DNA from: Candidatus Micrarchaeota archaeon
GTDB lineage: Archaea > Iainarchaeota > Iainarchaeia > Iainarchaeales > JAGVWC01
DNA: 64,000 nt
Assembly (NCBI GenBank): GCA_043803815.1
Contig: JAZDJR010000035.1
Location: 1-64,000 of the forward strand
Reading direction: 5' to 3'
Shown here in pieces: positions 9,612 through 19,695 of the stretch (within the stretch, counting starts at the first letter, position 1; each line of letters opens with the position of its first letter). The notes under the pieces are model-generated. The model was given only the letters and a program-made list of their open reading frames with translations. It ran no database searches and was not told where the DNA came from. Position numbers and translations under genes: made by a program.

Positions 9612-11786
9612 ATGAGTGAAAATGCCAACCCAAATCCGTTGAATGCTTTTTTTTCCAGAATAAACTGGAAACACGTCCTGATTTTGGCGTTTATTTTTTT
9701 GCTGGCTTTTGGAATCCGCGCCTATTTGCTTCGCTACGACCTGATGTTTGAATTTGATACCTATTGGCATGCCCGAATGACCGGGTATGTCATTTCGGGG
9801 CACTTGCCCGCAATCGACCCGCTGGCGTACACTTATCTTCCCAAAGGAGCCGACATTCCGCTGCAGACCAGCCTGTTTTGGTACATTTCCGCGTTTTTTT
9901 ATTTTATTGCCGCGCTTTTCACTACTGGCAGTCTGGCGTACAACAAGGAATTGCTGATTCAGGTGGTCAAATTTTTGCCCGCGTTTTACGGCGCCGTAGT
10001 TTGTCTGGGGCTTTATTTTTTGGGAAAGGAACTGTATGACAGGCGCGCGGGCTATTTGATGGCCTTTTTTGGCGCGGTTTCTTCCTCTTTTATTTACCGC
10101 AGCATGGCGGGATTTTATGAAGCCGGCACCATGGGCTATGTTTTCATGGTGTTCGGCTTTTACTTTGTTTTTCGCGCGGTCAAGCGGATGGAAAACACGA
10201 AATCCATGCTGGTTAACGGGGCGATTGGCGCGGTTATTTTGGGATTAATGTCATTGGTCTACGCCTTGTACACGATTATTCCGATTATTCTCGCGTTTTA
10301 CCTGATATTTACGGTCATCGCTCTGCTCAGCCATCCGGGGCAAAAAGAAAAAGCGGTTCGCTTTGCCCAATTAATCGTTTTTATTTTCGTTCTTTTTTTT
10401 ATTACCACAATGGCGGGACCCAATCAGGACTGGATTGTGGATTCGTTTGGAAACGTTACCGGCGCCTTGAACCGCATCAGCTTTTTGCCGTCCTTGCCGG
10501 TTTTAATCGGAATCGCAGTGCTGATTGGCCTTGCGGTTTTTTTGGTTTACAAAAACAGGATGTCCCAAAAAACGGATGCTGAAAAAAGCCAGGTTGCCGA
10601 AAGCTTTTTGAAAGCGTTAAAATGGGGAAAACTCGCCTTGCTTATTTTGATATTGATTATTACCGCAATAGCCATGGTGGCGCCCAAAGAGCGTACGGGG
10701 CTCAGCGCAATCAGCGTTGGCGAAGAAAGTCCGGGCAACCAGTATTTTTCCCACAAATTCGGCGCCTTGATTTTTTTGGCTGTGCTTTCTCTCCTATTGA
10801 TCCCCATTGGCGATTATATGAAAAAAGAAGCCGATTTGGCCAGCATGCTGTTTTTTCCGTTTATTTTGATTTCGCTTTATCTGACATGGGATCGCCTGCA
10901 TTATACCTATAACTTCGGGGTGCCGCTGGCCATCGCATCCGGCTATGTGATTTATCAAACCATCCGGTTTTTCCAAAAATTAGGAAAATACGAAAAAGCC
11001 ATTGCCGGAATCGCGGTCGTGTTTTTTTTGTTTGCGGGAGTTGCCCATGCCACCTTGTTCACGCAGCAAAACATTCCGACCATCGAACAGGACAGTGGAT
11101 GGAAAGAAGGCCTTGCCTGGCTTAAGGACAATACGCCGCCAAACGCCAACATGTTTAATTGGTGGGACGAGGGGCACTGGATTACGTTTCTTGGCGAGCG
11201 AACGGTCATTACCGACAACCGGAACTTTGACCAGCATTCCAATTCCGATGTCGGAAAATTCGTTTTAACCCCCGACCTGAACGAAGCCATCCGGATTCTG
11301 AAAAAATATAATTCGGATTACCTTTTGCTCGGAGCCGACCTTTTTTCAAGGCGAAACTCGATGATTATGTATGCCTATTATTCGGAGGATCCCAGCAAGG
11401 TCAATGCAAACGACCCGCACTTGGACAATATTGAAAGCTTTGGGCTTCCCTGCAACCCGAGCGTTGAAAGCGGCCAGACTTTTTTCCTGTGCGGTTCCGG
11501 AAAGATTCCGGGGGACCAATTCAGCCAAATTCCGACCGTTTGGACCAGCCAGCCCAGCGCGATGGAAAACGACCGGGACGCAGTTTTTTATTATCGGACC
11601 AAAGACAATGCGCGGGTTTACAAAATGTCGTTAAAGCAGAATAACACGATTTTTGCGAAGCTGTGGTTTGGCGCAGCCGAAGTCAGTTCCATTTTTGAAG
11701 AAGTGTTTCCCGATACTTTGCCCCAGTATAAAAACAAGGAACTCAAAATTTTCAAGATTCATAAGGAAAATTTTCCCGCTTCATGA
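9612..11786 (+). CDS. aglB: Oligosaccharyltransferase AglB (STT3 family)
   Basis: EFDTYWHAR, RSMAGFYE, multi-TM N-terminal half, SVGEE, WWDEG(HWI), TDN motif. Confidence 0.9.
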   Translation: MSENANPNPLNAFFSRINWKHVLILAFIFLLAFGIRAYLLRYDLMFEFDTYWHARMTGYVISGHLPAIDPLAYTYLPKGADIPLQTSLFWYISAFFYFIAALFTTGSLAYNKELLIQVVKFLPAFYGAVVCLGLYFLGKELYDRRAGYLMAFFGAVSSSFIYRSMAGFYEAGTMGYVFMVFGFYFVFRAVKRMENTKSMLVNGAIGAVILGLMSLVYALYTIIPIILAFYLIFTVIALLSHPGQKEKAVRFAQLIVFIFVLFFITTMAGPNQDWIVDSFGNVTGALNRISFLPSLPVLIGIAVLIGLAVFLVYKNRMSQKTDAEKSQVAESFLKALKWGKLALLILILIITAIAMVAPKERTGLSAISVGEESPGNQYFSHKFGALIFLAVLSLLLIPIGDYMKKEADLASMLFFPFILISLYLTWDRLHYTYNFGVPLAIASGYVIYQTIRFFQKLGKYEKAIAGIAVVFFLFAGVAHATLFTQQNIPTIEQDSGWKEGLAWLKDNTPPNANMFNWWDEGHWITFLGERTVITDNRNFDQHSNSDVGKFVLTPDLNEAIRILKKYNSDYLLLGADLFSRRNSMIMYAYYSEDPSKVNANDPHLDNIESFGLPCNPSVESGQTFFLCGSGKIPGDQFSQIPTVWTSQPSAMENDRDAVFYYRTKDNARVYKMSLKQNNTIFAKLWFGAAEVSSIFEEVFPDTLPQYKNKELKIFKIHKENFPAS

Positions 11787-11795
11787 AGGAAAAAT

Positions 11796-12905
11796 ATGAA
11801 ACTTTGGCTTGCTTTGGGAGTGCTCTTTTGGCTTGCCGTCAGCATCGGCCTGGCTCACTTTAATGTCATAGCGTCCGACACCGCGGTCGCTGTTTTCGGT
11901 TTGGGCGCAGCTTTTTTCGGGACCCTGAACGTGATGCCGTTTATTATTCACCGGATGAAAATCCAAAAAATTGCCGGAAAGGACATGAACAAATTAAACA
12001 AACCCTTGGTGCCCGAAATGGGGGGAACGGGAATTTTGTTCGGTTTTTCGCTTGGAATCTTGCTCGTTGTGTTTTTGTTTTCGTTTGGCCGGCGGTTTAT
12101 CCCTTTTTCGGTCAACTTGGGAATTTTGTTCGCGGGATTTGCAACGATTCTGTTAATGGGGTTTTTAGGCGTGTTTGACGATTTAATCGGCTGGAAAAAA
12201 GGAATCCGCCAATACCAGCACGCGTTGGTTCCCTTGTTTGCGGCATTGCCGTTGGTTGCGATTCGTGCAGGGGTCACTACCTTGGCTTTGCCTATCTTTG
12301 GACTGGTGGATTTTGGAATTTTTTATGCGGTTATTTTGATTCCCATCGGCGTTACCGGCGCGGCCAATGCCATGAACATGCTGGCGGGATTAAACGGTTT
12401 GGAAGCGGGACTGGGCGCGATTATTACCGCTACCTTGCTTTTGCTTAGCATTCTGGAAAACCAATGGGAAGCCGCCATTATTATGGCCGCTTTGCTGGGC
12501 GCATTGCTGGCTTTTTTAAAATTCAACTGGTTTCCCGCCAAAATTTTTCCGGGAGATGCGACTACATTAATGGTCGGCGCCGGAGTTGCCACGGCAGCCA
12601 TTATCGGCAATATGGAACGGCTGGGCCTTTTGCTCTTGGCATTATTCTTTGTCGAACTTTTGTTTAAGGCGCGTAACCGCTTTCAGTCCGAATCGTTTGG
12701 AGTACCGCAAAAAGACGGAACCTTAAAAGCGCCCGAAAAAACAAGTTCTTTGACCCACTGGGTCATGAAGCGCGGCCGCTTTACCGAAAAACAAGTCGTT
12801 TTGATTTTGCTCGGAATGCAGGCGCTGGTCAGCCTTTTGGTGCTGGCGTACTGGTACCTGAACCGAATCGAATTTTTTATGCACGGCTGGTCATGGTTAG
12901 CGTAA
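11796..12905 (+). CDS. aglH: UDP-GlcNAc:polyprenyl-phosphate GlcNAc-1-P transferase (GPT/Alg7/AglH-like)
   Basis: GKDMNK..P.VPEMGG, DD motif, NAMNMLAGLNGLEAG, FPGD. Confidence 0.85.
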   Translation: MKLWLALGVLFWLAVSIGLAHFNVIASDTAVAVFGLGAAFFGTLNVMPFIIHRMKIQKIAGKDMNKLNKPLVPEMGGTGILFGFSLGILLVVFLFSFGRRFIPFSVNLGILFAGFATILLMGFLGVFDDLIGWKKGIRQYQHALVPLFAALPLVAIRAGVTTLALPIFGLVDFGIFYAVILIPIGVTGAANAMNMLAGLNGLEAGLGAIITATLLLLSILENQWEAAIIMAALLGALLAFLKFNWFPAKIFPGDATTLMVGAGVATAAIIGNMERLGLLLLALFFVELLFKARNRFQSESFGVPQKDGTLKAPEKTSSLTHWVMKRGRFTEKQVVLILLGMQALVSLLVLAYWYLNRIEFFMHGWSWLA

Positions 12906-12965
12906 AAGAACCAAAGCTTTTTTCTGACCCACAATCTTTATTAAGACGCAAAAAGGGTTCTTAGT

Positions 12966-13421
12966 ATGAAACGAATCAAAATAGCCCTTGCATGCAGCGC
13001 CGGGGGCCATCTGGCCGAGCTGAGTCAGCTTGCACAGTTTTATGAAAAATGGGACCATTTTTTTGTGACGTTTAAGCGCCCCGATTCCGAGGAGTTCGCC
13101 AAAAACCACGTTGTTTTTTTCGTGGAACGGCCCGGCCGCAACCCGGTAAAAACGGTTCAAAATCTTTGGCAGGCGTGGAAAATTTTGCGGGACCAAAATC
13201 CCGATTTGATTTTATCGACCGGAGCGGACGCTGCCGTTCCTTTGCTGGTGCTTGGAAAACTATTGGGGAAAAAAGTTGTTTTTGTCGAAAGTTTTTGCCG
13301 GACAAAGCAGCCGTCGGTCAGCGGCCGAATCGCGTATCGTTTTTCGGACCTGTTCATTTACCAGTGGGAAGAACTGGGGCGGTTTTTTCCGAAGGGAAAA
13401 TTGGGGGGTTCGATTTTTTGA
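12966..13421 (+). CDS. Alg14/PssD-like subunit of a split GT-B glycosyltransferase
   Basis: SAGGHL, LSTGA, VESF, S.SGR, YQW. Confidence 0.85.
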   Translation: MKRIKIALACSAGGHLAELSQLAQFYEKWDHFFVTFKRPDSEEFAKNHVVFFVERPGRNPVKTVQNLWQAWKILRDQNPDLILSTGADAAVPLLVLGKLLGKKVVFVESFCRTKQPSVSGRIAYRFSDLFIYQWEELGRFFPKGKLGGSIF

Positions 13422-13915
13422 AACCGCGGCCGTCAGTGTTTGTCAGCGTGGGCACCGACCCGCAGCCGTTTGACAGGCTGCTAAAAGAAGTCGACCGCTT
13501 GGCGGCTGAAAAAGTCCTGGACGGCCCTGTTTTTTGCCAGACGGGTTATTCGACTTACAAGCCGAAAAACTGCGAATTTGCAGAATTTTTGAATCCCTTG
13601 GAGTTTGAAAAAAAAATCATGGAAGCCGGCCTTTTGATTTTGCATGGCGGCGCGGGCGGAATCGGAATCGGGCTTCAGCACCATAAAACCTGCATTGTCA
13701 TGCCGCGTTTGTTCAGATTCGGCGAGCATGCCAATGACCACCAGTTGGAACTGGTCGAAAAGCTGAGCCAAAAGGGATTTGTATTGGCCGCGGAAAACGA
13801 GGCCGAATTAAAAAGCATGGTTTTAAAGGCAAAAAAGTGGAAGCCAACGGGGTTTGACGGCGGAAAGCGAATCGTCGCTTTGCTGAATGAATTTGTCGCC
13901 AAAAATTTCGATTAA
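13418..13915 (+). CDS. Alg13/PssE-like glycosyltransferase subunit (GT28 C-terminal domain); TTG start overlaps upstream TGA
   Basis: VFVSVGT.PQPFDRL, QTG, HGGAG, PR...GEHANDHQ; the TTGA overlap at 13418-13421 is in frame with the listed ORF. Confidence 0.85.
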   Translation: MKPRPSVFVSVGTDPQPFDRLLKEVDRLAAEKVLDGPVFCQTGYSTYKPKNCEFAEFLNPLEFEKKIMEAGLLILHGGAGGIGIGLQHHKTCIVMPRLFRFGEHANDHQLELVEKLSQKGFVLAAENEAELKSMVLKAKKWKPTGFDGGKRIVALLNEFVAKNFD

Positions 13916-13960
13916 GAATGTATTGGCTTTGCAGGGCCAAAAGCACGATTTTAGTAAAGA

Positions 13961-14578
13961 ATGGGGTTTTATTTCAAGCGGAAAAATTGTCTCGGGGAAA
14001 AACGTATGGATCGCGTGGAATTTGTATTGCAAAACCTGCGGGGAAAAATTTTGGACGTGGGATTTGCGGCGTGCTCCCTGCACGGGAAAATAAAAAAAAA
14101 GTTTCCAAGGAAAAATATTTTCGGAGTCGACAGCGAACCCGTTCCCAAAAATGCCAATTACAAGCGCGGAAGCGCGGAAAAAATCCCGTTTGAAGACAAA
14201 CAATTTGATTCCATCATGGCCGGCGAATTAATCGAGCACCTGCACCGGCCCGAATTGTTTGTTCAGGAAGCGCACCGGTTGCTTAAAAAAAACGGAATCA
14301 TGATTATTACGACTCCGAACCGCAAGAGCCTGATTAACCGGTTAACCCGCACGTACCATGCCTCTTTGCATTTTTCATTGTTCAGCATTCCCGAATTGAC
14401 CGCGGTATTGGAAAAAAACGGTTTTGCCGTGGAAAAGCTGTTTTGCCTGCCGTACAACGAGGAAAGCAGCCCCGGTTCGCGGCACAAGCGGTTTTATGCG
14501 GTTCGAAAAGCGGTTCATTTTTTGGTTCCGATAGATTCTTTTCGCGAAGAAATCGTTTTGCTGGCGCGGAAAAAATAG
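13961..14578 (+). CDS. Class I SAM-dependent methyltransferase (start may be 14006)
   Basis: ILDVG, GVD, IPF..FD, EHL, ITTPN. Confidence 0.8.
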   Translation: MGFYFKRKNCLGEKRMDRVEFVLQNLRGKILDVGFAACSLHGKIKKKFPRKNIFGVDSEPVPKNANYKRGSAEKIPFEDKQFDSIMAGELIEHLHRPELFVQEAHRLLKKNGIMIITTPNRKSLINRLTRTYHASLHFSLFSIPELTAVLEKNGFAVEKLFCLPYNEESSPGSRHKRFYAVRKAVHFLVPIDSFREEIVLLARKK

Positions 14579-14590
14579 GGTTGGTGTGGT

Positions 14591-15619
14591 ATGGTCAAAG
14601 CAAGCATTGTCATTCCGGCGTTTAACGCCCAAAAAACGATTGCCGACTGCCTAAACGGCCTGCAAAAGCAGTCAATTCCCCTTAATGAGTTTGAGGTTTT
14701 GGTTGTGGATGACGGCTCGACGGACCGAACCGCAGAAATCGTCCTATTGTACCCCTTTGCCCAGTTGTCCAGGCAAAAAAACGCGGGTCCCGCGGTTGCG
14801 CGAAACCGGGGCGCAAAAAAAGCCGCGGCCGACATCGTGGTTTTTCTGGATTCCGACTGCGTTCCGAGAAAAAACTGGCTAAGCGAGATGTTAAAACCGT
14901 TCAAGGACCCCCGTGTGACCGGTGTCCAAGGAAAGTATGAAAACCCTTCGCCTGAATGGATGACGCGTTTTGTGCAGTTTGAAATCGAGGAGCGATACGA
15001 ACGCATGAAAAAAAGCATGCAAAAAAACGGTTCGATTGATTTTGTGGGCAGTTACTCGGCTGCTTATCGAAAAAAAGTATTCCTAGAAAATAACGGCTTT
15101 GACGAGGGGTTTCGTGCGGCGTCTGGCGAAGACCCGGATTTGAGTTTTCGACTGGCACGAAAGGGACACAGGCTGGTTTTTGCGGAAGACGCCATAGTTG
15201 CGCATTTTCACCCCGCAAGCCTTGTCAAATACTGGCGCACCAAGTTTTACCGCGCATACTGGCGCGTACGGCTCTATCAGCGCAATCCTGAAAAGGTGAA
15301 AAACGATTCTTACACAAATCCGATAATAAAGATTCAGATGGCGTTTGCGGCTTTTGCAATCGCGTTTTTAATTTTGGGGTTAGTCCAGCATCTTTTTGGA
15401 ACATATTCTCTTTTTGGATTTCTGTTTAATTTTCCCAGTTTCTTCTTGTCCTTGTGTACTTTAGGAATCCTATTTTTAGCCTCTATTCCAACAGCTTTTT
15501 TTATTTTTAAAAAAGACTGGATAATAGGAATTATGGCAATTTTCATTTTCACCGTGAACGCCTTTGTTTTTGTTATTGGATACGCATATGGAGTACTGAA
15601 ATTGGGAGCTAAAAAATGA
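14591..15619 (+). CDS. GT2 glycosyltransferase with C-terminal TM helices
   Basis: SIVIPAFN, DDGSTD, FLDSD, GED.DL. Confidence 0.88.
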   Translation: MVKASIVIPAFNAQKTIADCLNGLQKQSIPLNEFEVLVVDDGSTDRTAEIVLLYPFAQLSRQKNAGPAVARNRGAKKAAADIVVFLDSDCVPRKNWLSEMLKPFKDPRVTGVQGKYENPSPEWMTRFVQFEIEERYERMKKSMQKNGSIDFVGSYSAAYRKKVFLENNGFDEGFRAASGEDPDLSFRLARKGHRLVFAEDAIVAHFHPASLVKYWRTKFYRAYWRVRLYQRNPEKVKNDSYTNPIIKIQMAFAAFAIAFLILGLVQHLFGTYSLFGFLFNFPSFFLSLCTLGILFLASIPTAFFIFKKDWIIGIMAIFIFTVNAFVFVIGYAYGVLKLGAKK

Positions 15620-16734
15620 AAGTCCTGCACGTGACCAACCAGTTCTGGCCCAATATCGGGGGAATCGAAAAGTTTACCATGGACCTGTGCCTAAAAACGC
15701 GGCCGCTCGGAGTCGAGTCGCGTGTTCTTTGCTTAAACAAGGGAAAAAACGACCGAAGTTCGCTTCCAAAAACCGCGGAAATCAACGGCATTAAAATACG
15801 CCGCATGCCTTTTCTCAATTTGCATTATTACAAGCCCGCGATTCTGCCCATAAAAGAACTGGCTTGGGCGGACGTGATTCACGTGCACGGCGTCAGCGCC
15901 CTAAGCGATTATCTGGTGCTGACCAAGGGCAGCCACAAAAAGCCGATTGTTTTGAACACGCACGGCGGGCTTTTTCACACCCAATCGCTTTCGGGAGTCA
16001 AAAAAATGTATTTTTTCGGCGGGCAAAAACTCATGCTTAAAGGCGTCGATTTGGTGGTGGCGGACAGCCCGCACGATTTCGAGCTGTTCAAACCCATTGC
16101 ACCACGCATGGAATTGATTGAAAACGGCGTAGACTTTTCCGCATTGTCCAAAAAAACCAAAAAAAAACAAGGGGTTTTTTTGTACGTGGGCCGCCTGTCC
16201 AAAAATAAGCGCTTGGACTTATTGTTAAAGACTTTTGGCGAACTCAAAAAGCAGGGACGCGATTTCGAGCTTCGCCTGGCAGGGCCCGACTGGGAACACT
16301 TAGCCGAAGAGCTGAAACGGCTGGCCAAAGAGCTGAAAATCGAAAAACAGGTCGTTTTTTTAGGGGAGGTTTCCGACCAGCAATTGGCCGCCGAGTATTT
16401 ATCCGCCCAGTTTTTTGTTTCCGCATCGCGCTATGAAGCATTCGGGATTTCAACGATTGAAGCCATGGCCGCTGGATGCGTTCCGATTGTAAGCGACATT
16501 CCGTCGTTCCGGCACTTTATTAACGACGGGAAAGACGGCTATCTGGCCGATTTTTCGGACCCCGAAAAAACCGCGGGTCTTATTGCCAAAGTTACGGGGA
16601 AAAAATCGGGCGTTTCAAAAAAGGCCCGCCAATCGGCCCTGCGGTTTTCATGGGAAAAAAAAGCGAAGGAATGGCTAAACGCGTATCGGCGGCTGGTAAA
16701 AGAAGCGGAGAAAAAAAATGGCCGAAAAGTTTAA
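15616..16734 (+). CDS. GT4 glycosyltransferase
   Basis: GGIE, VGRL..NK, EAFGISTIEAMA. Confidence 0.9.
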   Translation: MKVLHVTNQFWPNIGGIEKFTMDLCLKTRPLGVESRVLCLNKGKNDRSSLPKTAEINGIKIRRMPFLNLHYYKPAILPIKELAWADVIHVHGVSALSDYLVLTKGSHKKPIVLNTHGGLFHTQSLSGVKKMYFFGGQKLMLKGVDLVVADSPHDFELFKPIAPRMELIENGVDFSALSKKTKKKQGVFLYVGRLSKNKRLDLLLKTFGELKKQGRDFELRLAGPDWEHLAEELKRLAKELKIEKQVVFLGEVSDQQLAAEYLSAQFFVSASRYEAFGISTIEAMAAGCVPIVSDIPSFRHFINDGKDGYLADFSDPEKTAGLIAKVTGKKSGVSKKARQSALRFSWEKKAKEWLNAYRRLVKEAEKKNGRKV

Positions 16735-18028
16735 CCCGGGATTTTTTTTAAGAAGCGTATTGTTTTCGTACGTTAACCGCATCGTTTTACTGGTGCTGGG
16801 CTTGGCGTACGTTTTGCTCGTGGCCAACACTCTGGGGCCCAAGCTGTTTGGGGTTTACTCGTACGTGCTTGATTTTTTCGGAACCGTCCTTTTGGTGCTG
16901 GGCATGGAAACGTTTTCGGATGTCCTGCGCGTTTTTTTGCCCAAGAACCGTTCGGCCGAATTCGTCAAAAAAATCGCGTTCATGCAGACCGGGGTGGCAC
17001 TGGTAATTGCGGCCGTTGTTTTTTGGCAGGGCTCTTTTTTGTCGGATTTTTTGGCGGCCGGAAGCGGGATTCCGTTCGAATGGGTGGCCGTTGTCGTTTT
17101 GGGAATTCCGGTCTCATCGCTGGTGTACTCGGTAGCCGTCGGAAACCGGCAGTTTGGAAAGCTCATCATGCTGTCCATTGTCGAAAACGCATCCAACGTT
17201 ATTTTAGCGTTGGTATTGATGCAGCTGATGCCGGATGCGCTGCTTGCGGTGTTTATGGCCCGCGCGGTTTCCCTGGGCTTATTGGGCCTTGCGGGAGCGT
17301 GGCTTTTGACCGGATCACTGACGGAAGCGCCACCGAGCGGAACGATAGTGGCAAAGTACGGCTTTCAATCGTGGCAGACAACCCTGTTCAAAAAAATCGG
17401 GGACCAAGCCATCCTGATTTACGTCGGAATTTTTGTTTCCGCCGCGGCATTGGGTTTTTTTTATTTGCTGAAAAAAATAAGCCTGTACATTATCGAAATC
17501 CCGATAAATGCCGCCAATGAGGCGCTTTTGCCTTTTGCCACGGGTTCGGGAGACTTGTCGTTTACGGAAAAGCTCGTGTCCAAAAATGTGAAATTTTACC
17601 TGGTTTTTTCGGTTTTAATGGCGCTGGTTTTGTTGCTGGTGACGCCTATTTTGGTCGCGATTTTGTTTCCTTCGTATTCGGGCGGGATTTTTTTGGTTCC
17701 GCTCTTCGCGTTGTATTACGCGCTGTCGTTTGATTATCCGCTGGGAACTTTTTTCCGCGCGGTGAACAAGCCGAAAATTCAGACCGTGGCGTTTTTTTAT
17801 TCCGCCATTGCCAGCATTACCGTCGGATACCTGCTGATTTCGCGCTTTTTGGCGGAAGGCCTGTTGTTGACCATGATTTTTTCGCGCGTTTTAAATATTG
17901 CCGTTTCGGTTGCGTTTATCCGCAAAAGCGGTTACAAAATCGAGTTTATTCCGAGAAAAGGGGATTTGGTTTTTTTTTGGGAATTGGGGATTTCAACAGT
18001 CAAAAAAGGAATCCAAAAAATCCGCTGA
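16718..18028 (+). CDS. MOP/Wzx-type oligosaccharide flippase
   Basis: About 12 TM helices; N-terminal LGP..FGVYS pattern; glycosylation context. Confidence 0.75.
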   Translation: MAEKFNPGFFLRSVLFSYVNRIVLLVLGLAYVLLVANTLGPKLFGVYSYVLDFFGTVLLVLGMETFSDVLRVFLPKNRSAEFVKKIAFMQTGVALVIAAVVFWQGSFLSDFLAAGSGIPFEWVAVVVLGIPVSSLVYSVAVGNRQFGKLIMLSIVENASNVILALVLMQLMPDALLAVFMARAVSLGLLGLAGAWLLTGSLTEAPPSGTIVAKYGFQSWQTTLFKKIGDQAILIYVGIFVSAAALGFFYLLKKISLYIIEIPINAANEALLPFATGSGDLSFTEKLVSKNVKFYLVFSVLMALVLLLVTPILVAILFPSYSGGIFLVPLFALYYALSFDYPLGTFFRAVNKPKIQTVAFFYSAIASITVGYLLISRFLAEGLLLTMIFSRVLNIAVSVAFIRKSGYKIEFIPRKGDLVFFWELGISTVKKGIQKIR

Positions 18029-18062
18029 CCGAATACTTTTCTTGCAAAGCGGCGGCTTTTGA

Positions 18063-19490
18063 CTAAACAGCGGATTTAATCCGGTTTTTGAGTTCAATGG
18101 CGCCGTTAAAAACGCTTTTTGGAATCAGGTTGGCTTTGTAAAGCGTTCCCACAAGTTTTCCGGCGGTTCCGTAATTGCGCAATAGCCGGTGAATATGATA
18201 TTTTTTTCGGACTTCGTCCTGAATGCGCGGAATTTTTTTTTCTATGTAACGCCGCTGCTCGGGGGAAATATTGGGTGTCCGGATAATGATGCGTTCGGCT
18301 TTGGTGTTGAATTCGTTGAGGTATTGCTCGGGCTGTATCAAAAAAAGGTCGCGTTCCTTGGCCTGAGCATAACCTTCTGTCCCGCTATAGGGGACATAGT
18401 TGTTAAAGCTGGCCCAGCGGACGGGGTGGCGCAACGCAAAGTCGAAGGTATCTTCCACGTCCTGAAATGTCTGGTCGGGAAAGCCCAGCATCATATTGAG
18501 ATGCACATCGAATCCGGCATCGATGGCCGCCTTAATCGCGGCGTCAATCGTCTGCATGGTTTCTCCTTTTTTGATTAACTTAAGCATGCGTTCGTTGCCG
18601 ACCTCGACGCCAAACGCAATGGACTCAAATCCGGCCGAGCGCATGCGCTTGAGCAGGGCAGGGGAAACGCGGTCGCAGCGCACCCCTTGCGGAATGTTGA
18701 ATACCATTCCTTTCAGGTTGTTTTGGGCAATCAAATCGCATATTTTGACGACCCGTTCCTGATTAAGCGTGAAATTATCGTCCAAAAACTCGATGCGGCG
18801 GTATCCTTTTTCGTACCAGTATTTGATTTCTTCAAGGACGCTTTCAGGGGAGCGAAAACGCCACCAGTTCCCGCTGACCACTGAAACCGCGCAAAAGGTG
18901 CAGTGTTCAGGGCATCCTCTGGAAGTCAAAACTACCATTGCGGGATACCAGTATTTTTTCAGCTCGAATTTTTCATAGCGCGGCCAGGGAATGGATTCGA
19001 TGTCGCGCCGAAACGGACGGTCCCCCGTAAAAATAATCTTGCCTTTTTCGCGGTAAAGCAGGCCTTTGATTTCGGAAAATGGCTTTCCCCGACAGAGTTC
19101 CAATAGGGAATCTTCGCCTTCCCTTACTATTCCAAAATCGATGGCGGAGCAGTCTTCCAAAACTTTTTCTTTTTCTGTCGAAATATGGGCCGCTCCGACG
19201 GCAATCGGTATTTTGGGAAAGGCGGACTTTATTTTTTGGATAAGGGCATAACTGTCTTTATAGCGGTAGCTTTTTGTGGCAATGCCGAGCAAATCGGGCT
19301 TAAACGAATCGATTTTTTTAACCAGGTCGTCGAACGAATAGCCCAGATTCAAATCAAGCGTGTCGTATTCAACTCCGTTTGCGGACAAATATTCGCCAAG
19401 ATAGCCGAGCGCCAGATCCGGAACATCGCCCGGTTTGTACGTGCTATTGTAATACGCAACCGGAACCAGCAGCACCCGTTTAAAACGCAT
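18063..19490 (-). CDS. Cobalamin-binding radical SAM protein (class B methylase-like); likely start 19490
   Basis: N-terminal B12-binding Rossmann domain (LALGYL, DLLGI, GEGE), SRGCPEHCTFC, DDNF, GVE.G. Confidence 0.88.
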   Translation of the reverse strand: MRFKRVLLVPVAYYNSTYKPGDVPDLALGYLGEYLSANGVEYDTLDLNLGYSFDDLVKKIDSFKPDLLGIATKSYRYKDSYALIQKIKSAFPKIPIAVGAAHISTEKEKVLEDCSAIDFGIVREGEDSLLELCRGKPFSEIKGLLYREKGKIIFTGDRPFRRDIESIPWPRYEKFELKKYWYPAMVVLTSRGCPEHCTFCAVSVVSGNWWRFRSPESVLEEIKYWYEKGYRRIEFLDDNFTLNQERVVKICDLIAQNNLKGMVFNIPQGVRCDRVSPALLKRMRSAGFESIAFGVEVGNERMLKLIKKGETMQTIDAAIKAAIDAGFDVHLNMMLGFPDQTFQDVEDTFDFALRHPVRWASFNNYVPYSGTEGYAQAKERDLFLIQPEQYLNEFNTKAERIIIRTPNISPEQRRYIEKKIPRIQDEVRKKYHIHRLLRNYGTAGKLVGTLYKANLIPKSVFNGAIELKNRIKSAV

Positions 19491-19695
19491 ACAAGAGCTA
19501 TATTGGCATTTTTTTAAAAGCTTTCCTTTGAAAAAAGCCGCTTTGGAAAAATCCGTCAAAGCCGATTGCACCAAAAAAATATTCAGCCTATTCGCCGTGA
19601 ATTAATCGGGTTCAACCGGCGATAAACATTAAAGGAGAAAGCCGCTTAACTGGAAACGAATAAGCAAAGGAAAAAGTAAGGTGCAGAAAAACCAT

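Noticed and set aside
13900-18030. Poly-A/T tracts as phase-variation switches
   Set aside because: Runs of 7-10 nt occur throughout the window from AAA/TTT codon bias, and all frames are intact.
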